From the NCBI RefSeq assembly GCF_963921235.1, contig NC_086106.1:102362001-102426000 (forward strand): a DNA stretch of 64,000 nt. Reading direction: 5' to 3'. The notes beneath the pieces were generated by a model. That model had not been told where the DNA came from. It made no database searches and saw only the letters and a list, made by a program, of their open reading frames with translations. A program made the position numbers and the translations under genes. The DNA comes from Mobula hypostoma (lineage: Eukaryota). This document shows, piece by piece, positions 39,326 through 51,700 of this stretch (the stretch's first letter is position 1; each line of letters opens with the position of its first letter).

Positions 39326-40077
39326 GTAATGACAGCTGAATTGGAGATAGATGAGTAAAGTAAGTACTTTAAATTTCAATAGAGAAGTAGAGGCACATTA
39401 AAATAGTAGAACATTTCAAAGCAGTGCCAAGGTAAGGAGAGATGAAAGGAAATAGATATGAGAGATGAGTGTATGGATGGTACATTGTTAAAGTGTTTGT
39501 GCACATTGTGCTATTTACTATTGTAATTTTGAGTGATTTCAATAATAAATACCAACTTTATTACCAACCTATTCACTTGGCTCATGAACTAAAACTAACT
39601 GAAATTGCATAGGAACAAATGAATTTTCTTGAATGAATTAACTATTGGTATAAGTGACTGGAACGAGTTGCACATTGAAGAAGATGGAATATCATTCATC
39701 AATGTGGTGAAGTAGGGGTAGGTTTACTGAAAATATTGATCAACATAAATATATTATTAATAAGGTGTATTTCACAATGGATTTGGTCCATCACGTTTGG
39801 CACGAGAAACAGGTCATTTGGCCCAAAAAGAGTGGGCTAGTGTTTACAAGTCCACGTGCGTATTCTTCTATTGCCTTTCATTTCATGTATATGTCACTTT
39901 TCTCTTTGAAGACATCTGAGCTATTTACCTCAAGCAGTACCAGTGGTAACAAATCACAAATTCAGCTGCGATAAGGTATAGTGCAGTTTTGATACCTTTT
40001 TTTGACAGGAACCATCTAGGTTAGAGGCACCTCAACACAGAACTAGGAAGATTCAAGGAATTGTTCTAAGCTATGAG

Positions 40078-40760
40078 GTGATAGATAGATAGATATACTT
40101 TATTGATCACGAGGGAAATTGGGTTTCGTTACAGCTGCACCAACCAAGAGTAGAGCATAAATATAGCAATATAAAAACCACAAACAATCAAACAACAATA
40201 TGCAAACTATGCCAGATGGAAATAAGTCCAGGACCAGCCTATTAGCTTAGGGTGTCTGACCCTCCACGGGAGGAGCTGCAAAGTTCGATGGCCACAGGCA
40301 GGAACAACCTCCCGTGACGCCCAGTGTTGTATCTCGGTGGAATATGGCCGGAGTCCAACAACAAAAAGTTCAATATCCGGTCTACAAACACGTTCCTCGA
40401 TCGTAATATGACCAGGATTGCATCATCCGTTGTTAACCAGAACAGTAAGCCCCCAACTCCTTTACGCTTACCGCTCTCAGTGCACTTCCGGTCAGCCCGA
40501 ACGGTCTGGAAGCCATCCATGGAAAACTTCTGATCGGGTATGTCCTCATGCAGCCCCAGTAAAACACACAACACTGCATTCCTGAAATGTTCTCTGACTC
40601 CTGGCTAGCGCCGTCAACTCGTCCATTTTATTATCCACCATACTCCTCTTCTCCATAGGACTCTGTTGTCTTGACCCAGTCCTCTTTCCTCACCTTTGTG
40701 ATCCCCCTCTGTATCCTCTGTGTGTCTTCCTCCAGATTTCAGCAGGGGTGTTCGGTGATG
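40078..40760 (-). mobile_element. Internally deleted Rex1/Babar-like LINE with (TATC)n tail
   Basis: APE endonuclease N-terminal remnant (KMDELTALA.., LHEDIPD..MDGFQTVRADR..SGKRKG.GG) joined directly to the C-terminal R.FLPVAI.L motif, 3' UTR and (GATA)n. Confidence 0.75.
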
Positions 40761-41554
40761 CTCACTGACTTGAATTGATGGAGAAAAATTGAAAGGAAGC
40801 TCACTGATAGCAATGGATCATTTGTCCACAAGTAATTTAACCTGAGTTGTAAACAAGGAATGTAGAGCAATGATGCAATAGGCAGAAGTAAAACTGAAGA
40901 TCAGAAATAATTTGCCACCTCTTATTGAAGTGATAGGTACATGTAAAACAATTTCAGCAAAAGATCTCATGATGTGCACACTTTTTAAAAATAACACTTG
41001 TATGAGTATATAATTCTGAATAGCATAAAATCTTGTAAGCAAGATGCCAATCAAAGTTCACTGGGAACGTAATAATTTTTTGCTCATTCATACCATGGAA
41101 GTGTGCAAAGGTAACCAATTAGTTATGCAATGTAGTTTTCAAGGTTAGATTGTCTGCAGTTCCATTCAGTTTACCACTGTGAGGAGCTCAGTGAAAATTT
41201 GTTGCAGTGCCACATCCAGAACTTTACAACTCACCCCCCCCCCACGGCGTTTGCATTATATCATTTTTTGCCCACGATGGTTTCATATGAATGGATGTTG
41301 GGTGATTAGTTGTTAAATGGCTTCCATAAAGACAAAAGCCTGATCTGCTATTGGACAGCTGAGACTGAACTGAGTATTCTGCTCAAACAAGTTTAAGCTG
41401 TTGTACTACTTTTTTGAAATGAGAGTCTAAATAACCTTAACCCTTTCCCTTAATACAATCCTTAGCTTCATTCCCTCTGAGAAAAAGAGTGAAATCTTAA
41501 GGATGTAAAATGCGTAAACATGAATGATTCAGCACATACTGGAAATCAAAAACA

Positions 41555-41705
41555 TTGAACAACACATACAAAATGTCAGAAGAACTCAACAAGTCAGGCA
41601 GCATCTGTGGAAGGGGATAAACAGTCAACACTGAAGATGGATCTCGGCCTGAAATGTTGACTGTTTATTCCCCTCCATCAGTGCTGTGTGATTTGTTGAA
41701 TTGCG
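41555..41705. mobile_element. Penelope terminal-repeat fold-back mini-element with hammerhead core at the apex
   Basis: Perfect 14-bp inverted repeat ATAAACAGTCAACA (41617-41630) / TGTTGACTGTTTAT (41655-41668), extending imperfectly outward and enclosing CTGAAGA...GAAA. Confidence 0.75.
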
Positions 41706-42250
41706 TGTAAAATGCAATACAGATTTGAAGTAATTTTGTCATATTGATAACATCCAAGCCCTGCAGTAAAAACATGAACTTTTGAACACCGGAGCATACT
41801 GTCTGCACCTGCTTACTTAATGAAATTATTAAAAGAGGATATTTTCAGATTCACTTCGTTAATGCTTTTCAGTGTTTTTCCATTCCACTGTGACAGTGTC
41901 ATTAAAATAGTTTAATTTTGACAAAGATGAACTGCTTATAAAAGGTTAGTGCTAACAAAAATTGTATTACTGAAAGATTAGATGCTGAAATACAACATAA
42001 AAAGATAGAAAGCATTTTTAGATAAAGGAGCATAGAAAATTTAATTTATATAGCCAATTCTCAGTATATCACCACCACCTCTCTTCATATCTCTCTTCCC
42101 CGGTGACCATCCAACATCTAACCCTAATTCTAATCTATTCTGGTTAGCCTTCCATCTTTTAATATTCATAAATTTGAACTTATCCAAAACTGCTACTAGA
42201 TTCTAATTTGCAATGTCCCATTCAGCCAACACAGAGGGGTTTGCCAACTT

Positions 42251-43537
42251 AGACTATAAGACACTGGAGCAGAATTAGGCCATCTGGCCTTTTGAGTCTG
42301 CTCCGCCATTCAGTCATGGCTGATCCTTTTTTTTTCTCCTCCTCAAGCTAAGTTCTTGGCCTTCTCTCTGTAACCTTTGATGCCATGTCCAATCAAGAAC
42401 CTATCAATCTCTCCCTTAAATACACCCAATGACCTGGCCTCCACAGCTGCACGTGGCAACAAATCCCACAAATTCACCACTCTTTGGCTAAAGAAATTTC
42501 TCCACATCTCTGTTCTGAAAGGGCGCCCCTCTATCCTGAGGCTGTGTTCCCCTTGTCCTAGACTCTCCCACCATGGGAAACATCCTTTCCACATCTACTC
42601 TGTCTAGGCCTTTCAACATTTGAAAGGTTTCAACGAGATCCCTCCTCATCCTTTTGAATTCCAGTGAGTACAGACCCAGAGCCATCAAACATTCCTCGCA
42701 TGATAACACTTTCATTCCTGGAATCATCCTTGTGAACCTCCTCTGGACCCTCTTGAATGCCAGCACATCTTTTCTAAGATGAGGGGCCCAAAACGGTTCA
42801 CAATACTCAAGATGAGTCCTCACCAGTGCCTTATAAAGCCTCAACATCACAGCCTTGCTCTTGTATTCTAGACCTCTTGAAATGAATGCTAACATAGCAT
42901 CTGCCTTCCTCACCACTGACTTGACCTGCAAGTTAACCTTTAGGGTGTTTTGCACAAGGACTCCCAGGTCCCTTTGCATCTCAGATTTTTGGATTTTGTC
43001 TCCATTTAAAAAATAATCTGCACATATATTTCTTCTACCAAAGTGCATGACCATGCATTGTCCAACATTGTATTTCATTTGCCACTTTCTTGCCCATTCC
43101 CCTAATCTGTCTAAGTCCTGCATCCTACCTGTTTCCGCAACACAGCTGCCCTCCATGAATCTTCGTATCATCTGCAAACTTGGCAACAAAGCTAACTATT
43201 CTATCATCTAAATCATTTATATACAGCATAAAATATGTGGTCCCAACACCAACCGCTGCAGAACACCACTAGTCACTGGCAGCCAATCAGAAAAGGATCC
43301 TTTTATTTCCACTCACTGCCTCCTACCAATCAGCCAATGCTCTAACCATGTTAGTAACTTTCCTGTAATACCATGGGCTCTTAACTTGGTAAGCAGCTTC
43401 ATGTGAGGCACCTTGTCAAAGGCCTTCTGAAAGTCCAAATATACTACATCCACAGAATCCCCTTTATCTACCCTACTTGTAATCTCCTCAAAGGATTCCA
43501 ACATGTTTGTCAGGCAGGATTTTCCCTGAAGGAAACA
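42251..43537 (-). mobile_element. CR1 LINE, 5'-truncated, disrupted
   Basis: ORFs 43313..43504, 42488..43189 and 42343..42594 are CR1 RT pieces; very similar to the copy at 1256-2715. Confidence 0.95.
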
Positions 43538-43749
43538 GAGGAACTTGTATTGGTCTTTGATCCTTGATTTCTAAATTTCCATTATCTCTGAAGTGCTATC
43601 TTATGGGTGGAGTGGCAATTATGGACTAAACTTAAATCAATGAAGGATTCTCGACAGTTGTACAGTTAAAGCAAGTGACATAGGAGACAGAAGGGCTTTG
43701 CTTCTAGATTAGATCAGTGCCTTCTATGCTTGTTTTGACCATAAAACAT

Positions 43750-45432
43750 GGAGGAACCATCACGAACACCCACAGCCCCTGATGATACTATGATTTCAGT
43801 CTCTCAGAGCAGCCTTCAGGAGGGTGAACGCACAAAAAGCATCCAACCCAAATGGGGTACCTGGCCCAATACCAAAGACCTGTGCTGATCAACTGGCTGG
43901 GTGTTGACTGAAATCTTTAACCCCTCACTTTGGCAGTCTGAGGCCGATGTTTGAGCAGGCTTCAGGAGATGAACTCACAGAAAGTATCCAGCCCAGATGG
44001 AGTACCTGGTTGAATACTAAAGACCTGTGCTGATTAACTGGCTGAGGTCTTTAACCTCTCACTTCAGCAGTCGGAGCTACCCACTGCATCAAGCAGGCTT
44101 CCCTTTCCTGCGGTTCCTGAGAAGAACGTAGTGACCTGTCTCAATGACTATCATTCAGTAACACTTTCGTGCACAGTGAGAGAGGTTGGTGATCAATTCC
44201 TGCCTGTCAAGTGACTTGGTTCAACTCCAGTTTGCCTACCTGAGCAACAGGTCCACAGCAGATGCCATCTCATTGGCTCTTCACACAACCCTGGAACATC
44301 TGGACAGCAAAGATGCACACTGTAGGCTGCTGTATCGACTACAGCACAGCATTCAATGACATCATCCCCTCAAAACTATTCAAAGATCTCCAGGACCTTG
44401 CCCTCAATGCCCACTTGTGCAATTAGATTCACAATTTTCCTCACTTGCAGACCCTAGTCAGTTCGGATTGGCAACAACTTCTCCACGATCTCCGTCAGCA
44501 CGGGTGCACCACAAGGCTGTGTGCTTAGCCCTTTGCTCTGCTCACTTTACACTTATGACTGTGTGGCTGAATCAAAGGTGGTGATTAATGAGTATTTAGG
44601 AGGGAGATTGAACATCTGACTGAGTGGTGTCATAAAACAATCTCTTACTCAATGTCAGCCAGACCAAGGAGCTGATTATTGACTTCAGGAGAAGGAAACC
44701 AGAGGTCTATGAGCTAAGCCTCATCTGAGGATCAGAGGTAGAGAGTGTCAACAACTTTAGATTCCTAGGTATTATTAGTTCCGGGGACCTGTTCTGGGCC
44801 CAGCACGCAAATGCAAATATGAAGAAAGCATGGCGGTGCACCTACCTAAGGAGTTTGGGAAGATTCGGTATGAAATATAAAACTTTGACAAACTTCTATA
44901 GATGTGTAGTGAAGAAGATATTGACGGATTGCATCACGATTTGGTACGGAAACACCAATGCCCTGGAATGGAAAATCCTACAAAAGGTAGTGAAACGACC
45001 TAGTCCATTCACGGGTAAATCCCTCCCCACCATTGAGCACATCTATGTGAAAGGCTGTCACAGGAAAGCAGCATCCAACACCCAGGACATGCTCTCTTCT
45101 GACTGCCGCCATCAGGGAGAAGACACCTCAGAGCTCACACCACCAGGCTCAGAAACAGTTATTGCCCCTCAACTGTCATGCTTTTGAATGAAAGGGGATA
45201 ACTTTACTTGCCTCGTTATTGAACTGTTCCCACAGCCTCTAGACTCACTTTCAAGGACTCTTCATTTCATTTTCTCAATATTCACTGTTTATTTATTTAT
45301 TATAATAATAATGATTTCATTGACTCTGTTATGGTTATTACTTTAACCATTTACTGAGTATGCCCACAAGTAAAGGAATCTTAAGGTTTATATGGTGACA
45401 TACAAGTAATGTGATAATTAATGAACTTTGAA
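43750..45432 (+). mobile_element. Rex1/Babar LINE fragment with internal ~146-bp tandem duplication
   Basis: KTCADQLA, CLNDY..V.L, GAPQGCVLSPLL and TLTNFYRCVV..ILTDCITIWYGN motifs; GAACTTTGAA tail. Confidence 0.88.
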
Positions 45433-46375
45433 ATTCAAAATTCAAGATTGTTTAATGTCATTTTCAATACACAAGTGTAAAGGAGAACAAATAATTGTTA
45501 CTCTAGATCTAATGAAACAAAAACATCATAATAAGATAAAGAACACACTATTAAAAATCAATATATATAAATACATGAGATATCTTATATCCATAGATTG
45601 AGACGTACATAAGGTGATGCTAGCTACAGGAGTCTGTACATTAGGTGATTGACAGGAAATGATAAAGCAGTGGTGGTGGGGGAGGAGTGGAGTGTGTTAG
45701 TGGGTGGTGATATTGATCGGCCTGTTGTTTGTGAAAAGTAACTGCTTTGAATCTGGTGGTTGTGGCGTAAGCCTTGTAGATTCCCCCCCCCCCCCCCCCC
45801 CAGGAGTGAGCTCATGAGCAGCATAGGTGGGATTCTTCATAATATTGCTGGCCTTCTTCTGGCACCCTTCTGTATATAAGTCCTGGATGGGGGGTAGGCT
45901 GGTTCAAGTGATGTGTTGGGTAGTTTTGGTTACCTGTTGTAGAGCCTTCCTGTCTTCTGTACTGCAGTTCCTGTACTATGCAGTAATCAGTATGTTAGGG
46001 TGTTCTCTATTGTGCATCTGTAAAAAATCATGAGTCTTGATGTGCATAGTCTAGCTCCCTTCAACCTAGAAAGTAGAGGTGTTGGTGAGCTTTCTTGATT
46101 GTGTAGGATGTGTTCTGGGACCGTGAGTGTTGGTACAAGATGCGCTCTCCCATGAGTTTGAAATGGCTTTTAGTTTCCACTGCTGTGCTGCCGATGTATA
46201 GGGGGTGTGAGTGGTTTGAGTTCTCCTCAAGTCAATGATCACATTGTCTTGTTGACAATGTGGAAGAGGTTATTTGCCTGGCTCCAGTCCTCGAAGTCTT
46301 CCAACTCCTCCCTGTAGACTGTCTCATCCTTGTTCGTGATGAGCCCCGCATTGTTGTGTCATCGCCAAATTGACT
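45433..46375 (-). mobile_element. Rex1/Babar LINE 3' fragment (different subfamily), tail-to-tail with the preceding copy
   Basis: Antisense remnants of DDTT.GLIT..DETVYREE, FKLMG and ..CITA.YRNCSTEDRKALQQVTKTTQHIT; TTCAA-repeat tail at ~45433-45446. Confidence 0.8.
45783..45801. repeat. poly(C) tract
   Basis: Run of ~19 C within the Rex-type 3' region. Confidence 0.9.
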
Positions 46376-48049
46376 ATGCGTGAGCTGGAAGCATCTCCTT
46401 GTTGGTTGTAAGAGATACTCACCACTCGAAACAGTGATTATTGACAGCTAAACAGCTTCAGAAAAGACTAAAGGACTTAAAGTAAAAGTCTCCTTTCTAT
46501 AGTCCAGAAAATTGATATAGTATAGTCTCACTAGTTTACTTACAGTTACTTATTGATGCCTTTAAAGTTTAATGTCTTAGATTAAATTTAGGATTCTAGA
46601 ATGAGTTCACTCAATATCATACCCATGACCTCCTGAAACTTCAGAAACTATGCATTCACTGTGACGACAGAATTGAGATGGAGTTTGACCTTGTATTCTA
46701 TCACTATGGGTGTAGATTTACTTCTACCTTTATGTGGCAATCACAAGTTTACGTCATTATTGGGGTTGCTTTCAAGATTTGTCAGCAAGATAGCACATAT
46801 ACAAGTATGGAGTTGGTAGTGTGAGCCCATGTGCAAAGCTGATTTGATCACAACGCAGCGACCTTAGACGATGATAATCCAGCTGAATGCATGGAGATGT
46901 AGTTTTGAGTAAAGGGAAAATCTTCCAATTGCTCTCTGTGTATATGCATAGTTGTTGATTAATTGATGATAGAATTGGTTTGTGACTCCCACAGCAGCTT
47001 TACCCAAAGACATAAAATTCTCCAAACTCGTCAGGAATGTTAAGATTGGGATTGCTAATAGATTTACAGATAGTCTTTTAGTCATGTTCTTTTGCTCAAA
47101 GAAAGCAACACATGAGTGGTAGTTTCACAGGATCTCCAAATAGACAGCAGAAGTAAGTGAGGAAACTGCCAGTGGAGAAAGGAATAGGAGAGGTGGAAAG
47201 ACACTCGCCAGATGGATGCTTCCACAATGCTGTTTAGGAAGTAGTTGGTGTATGAGTCGCTCACTAGAATGAGTAGTGATGTCTGTTGAAACTCTAAAAT
47301 AAGTGGGTGACGGCTGCATGGGCTGTTTCATGTTTTCTTAATTCATTCATGAAGTGTGGATATTCTGAGAAAATGAACAGGAGTTAATTGCCCATAGAGA
47401 AGCAGCTGGTGAGCGATCCACTTGAAATGCTGCATGGCATAGGTGCAGAGACTCCCACTCAGTGATTGAGTTGTGAGGTAAGGGATTTCATTTCAATACC
47501 AAGGAAGGAGGGTTACTCACTGTAGAATATTCTGCCTGTATTATGCAGTCACAGGATTTTTGTGCTTGATTGAATCATAAATTCACAGAATTGGGTGTTT
47601 CGGTCCCCATGTCCTTACTGAGCTTTTAGCCCATCTATCCTAATCCCAATTGTCTGCATGTGGCCCATATCATTCTGTCTTCCTATTTTAGTCTTTTTAT
47701 TAAATGCTTCTTAAATGTAATCAATGTATCTGTTTCACTATCTTCCCGGAAAGCACATTTTAGATACTGACTGCTTTTTGAGAGTTTGATTATTTACATT
47801 ATATATGCTGCTCATAAGTTTATGTCTTGTACCAGATCAGTTAATTTCCTGTTGGCTGGTAATTTGCAGAATGTTGATGATGTTAAGGAGTTGCAGTGGA
47901 CAATATTCAACGATGTAATGTTGTTAAATGCTAAGGGTTTACACCTTCTTTTCCTGGAGATAATTAATGCTCAGTACCTGTGTGACAATAAAATGACAGT
48001 AGTTTTAGACCTCATTACCGAAAATCTTTCCTGGCTGATACTCTGAACA

Positions 48050-48757
48050 ATAACCAAGAGAAAGTCTGCAGGTGCTGGAAGTCAAGGTAATGCACACAGA
48101 CACAGATACAATGCTGGAGGAACTCAGCAGGCCGGGCAACATCTATGGGAAAGAGTAAACAGTCGAGGATTTGGGCTGAGACCCTTCATCAGTACATGTA
48201 AAAAAAAGCACCTACGCTCCGTCCGCCAGAAATAGTGGAATCTCCTGGTGGCCACCCATTTCAACTCTACTTCCCATTTCCATTCCGACATGTCAGTCCA
48301 TGGCCTCCTCTACTGCCGTGATGACGCCACACTTGGTTGAAGGAACAACACCTATATTCCATGTGGGTAGCCTCAAACCTGATGACATGAACATCGATTT
48401 CTCGAACTTCTGGTAATTACCCCCCCCCCCCTTCCATTCCCCATTCCTATTTCCCTTTCTCACCATATCTCCTTACCTGCCCATCATCTCCCTTTGGCCT
48501 TCTGTCCTCTCCTATCAGATTCCTCCTTCTCCAGTCCTTTATCTCTTTCACCAATCGACTTTACAGCTCTTTATTTCACCTGTCCCCCTCTCCTGGATTC
48601 ATCTATCACTTACTGCTTTGTACTTCCTCCTCCCCTCCCTCCACCCTCTTACCCTGACTTCTTACCTCTTTTTCCAGTCCTGATGAAAGGTCTCGGCCTG
48701 AAATGCTGACTCTTTTCCATAGCCTTCTGAGTTCCTCCAGCATTTTGCACGTGTTAC
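48050..48757 (+). mobile_element. Penelope-like 3' fragment with inverted 5' terminal repeat
   Basis: Inverted terminal repeat (48050-48192), then GIY-YIG C-terminal remnant (HLRSVRQK*..VATHFNSTSH.HSDMSVHGLLYC...EQHL..GSL.PD.MNIDFSNF), pyrimidine-rich UTR and direct terminal repeat with CTGATGA..GAAA. Confidence 0.85.
48675..48712 (+). ncRNA. Minimal type-I hammerhead ribozyme motif (mutated cleavage site)
   Basis: CAGTC-CTGATGA-A-AGGT[CTCG]GCCT-GAAAT-GCT-GACTC: core boxes and stem II intact, stem III/cleavage triplet altered. Confidence 0.6.
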
Positions 48758-51700
48758 TATGCCTTAGGAATATGACAGAGGTTGTCTGTTGAGAGTTAAG
48801 CTAATTTCCTTCTCTCCTTGAATAGAGGATAGCAGAGAGCTTTTGGTTGGGTGCTTGCCAGCATCATGGGCATCTCCATGATGTACACCATGACTGAACT
48901 TAGGGAGAGAGAAGAAATATATTGATAAGGATTTCATACCATCGATGTTCTATTGGTCTTTGACTGTGCACAGATAACATCAATGATCAACTGCATTTTC
49001 TAGGTGAGCACATTATTGTACATCATTTTGAAAAACCACTGTCTTTGTGGAAACATAGTTGAGCAGACCATTGTGTACTAAAGCTGTGACTCCAATATAT
49101 GAACAGGTTTAGAGGAACGTTCCGTGCACATCAGAGAGTGTTGTCCAATTGGTAACAGCTTGCTAAGTTCTTCACACCTTAGTAATCATGTAAGTTCAGC
49201 TCACACCAGCAGCTGTGGAGCTGCAAGAGCAAGGAGACAAGAAAGGAAGGAGAGGAATAGCAGAGGCAGGAGGAAAGGAAGTGGGAGAGTAAGAGAAAGG
49301 GAAGCTGGGGAGGAGGAGCAGCAGGGGAAGGTCCATTATCAATGATATTATGAGGGTCTTTCTCGTGTCTCAGTCAGAGATACTGATCACATTGTTAATG
49401 CAGTGAGGAGAAGCCTGAGTTGAATGGTTGCTGATTTGAGTGGATGAAGCAGTCAGTGGACACTGCAGCAAGACCTGGCAACATTCAAGCACAGACTGAT
49501 ATATAAAAAGTAAGTTGTGTCTCACATGCTTAAGCAATGAACAAATTATGGTCTTATCACCAACTTCACCCCCTTCTTTGGAAATACAATAGCATTCCAT
49601 TTCATGAACACTACTGAACATCCTACTGTTGTAATCTTGGGATTTGCCTTTATCTAGAGTTGAATCATAACTTTATAGATGCATAAATGGATTAGAGACT
49701 AACTATTCTGCAGTGAGGAATTTATTACATGACGACCCAGTGTCTCCTCTCTTGCAGTTCAATAATTGCCACTTAGTCTGAGACTTCGTGGCAGAAATAT
49801 AACCAGGTTAGGGGAATGAAGAGGAAACCGTTTATACTTCAGTTGATGCTTGTAATTCAGAAGGGAATATAGGTCAAGAGGAAAAGAAACTGCCCATTAT
49901 TGCTGCTCAGAAGATGATTGGTGGCCTCTGTAATAGTTGCCCTTCCCGTTTGGGGACTAAGTAACCATGGGCTGTTGGCTACCAGTCTATTATTTGCAAC
50001 AGTTTTGCTTGTTGTTCCTGAAATACAGAGGATTGTGTATCTTGCAATGATCCTGATGACATGCTTGCTGTAGTTGAACTACTGGCAGTTTGTATAAGCT
50101 GAGAAATGTGGTTGTGAGGTTTGGAGTATTTGTAGCTATATGTGGATGTGATGAGCTGTGTAAATATTAACTGAAAGTCCTTATTATGAAATATTATCCT
50201 TGTATGATGATGTTGCATAGCAGATCTATACAACATCATGAACTATGAGCCATAAGGCTAATGAAACAATTTTTGAGAGATAGGATTTGTTGCTGTCCAC
50301 TATCACTGATCATGCATCTGAGGCTTTTGCAACTCTGGTAACTTATTCCAATATTTTGCTCTTTGCCTCAGTGTCCATTTTTATTAGTGAAGGGCCTTGG
50401 AATGCTTTTCTACTTTAAAGGTGCTAATATATCTGAAATTTTTTTTTGTTGTAAGATCACTCAGTGAATAGCTAATGGCTGGTGCAGACCTGATTCAGTT
50501 AATTAACTGCATTTCCTATGTTTTTAAGCTTTGAGCATTCTTACAGAACAGCAGAAGGAGGATATTGTAGTACAGTTACCAGCTGACTTATCTCAGGGCT
50601 TTCTCACATAATATGACGACAAATCATATCCTCGCCATTTTGAGAATTTAAATAGAATTGAAAATAATTTGGAAGGAATAAAATTAAAGTCTAATATTAG
50701 TTTAAGTAATCATGAAGTTGTTTTATTTTGGTGAAATCTAAACTGATTTATTGATATTCTTCAGCCCCACATGGGTAATTCCTAATTTCCGCTGTACTGA
50801 CCAACCAAGTCTCCCAGCTGCTTCAAAAAGAAGTGCTCATGATCTTCCTGGAGCAAAAAAATTAGGTAATAAATTCTAACTTTGACAGTAATGTTCACAC
50901 ACTGAAAATTAATTAAAAATCATTTAAATTAAAGATGAAAAGAAATTTATATGTTTAGTTACATTTTCATAAGTCAAACAGTAATTTCTCTATATGTTCA
51001 CAATGGAACAGTGTTAATAGATTTTGACCCACAGGTCAATAGAATAGAATTTCATTACTTCATTCAGGATTTTTATTCATAATGCATAACAAAGTAGCTT
51101 TTTATCATTTACATAAACTCACTCATTTTTTAAAAAATTTTATACCTGAGCAGTGCAATATTAGACTGATATCATGTATTGGCAGAACTTCCAGGAAAAG
51201 TCATTTCCAGGGGCTTTTGAAAAATTAAGGCAATATTTGAAAAGGAAAATCTCATTGACATTAATAATTTAGTCCTGTTGTACAGCAGTATAAGTCAATT
51301 GAATGGTACAAGTTAAATCATTTTAAGACATTCAATTTAACTTTGGGAGATAGGCTATTGGTAAATGGGGAAAGGGATGAGTTTATTGCACACTGTGCAA
51401 TGGCTTCATTCACTAAAATTGATCTTTCCTGTACTCTAATACCTGAGAAAAGATGATATGGAATGTCCATGCTCTGCCCAAACCAGAAGGGTATTAGAGA
51501 AATTTTGGAAGAAAGCTCATGTAGGCCACCAAATTTCATGGGTAAGTGATTTGAATGGAAGCTGTACAATACTGCAAAATGATAATTACAACAAGTGGAG
51601 AGAAGTTTTCTAATTATAGGATGATGTAGATATTCTGAAGTACCAGAAGCATTTATATTCTTCCACGTCAGTGGTATTACGAGGACAAATAATATGACAG

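Noticed and set aside
48688-48699. Apparent compensatory change in hammerhead stem II (AGGT/GCCT versus GGGT/GCCC)
   Set aside because: The C>T is at a CpG and recurs without the partner change in other copies, so it is not evidence of selection on structure.
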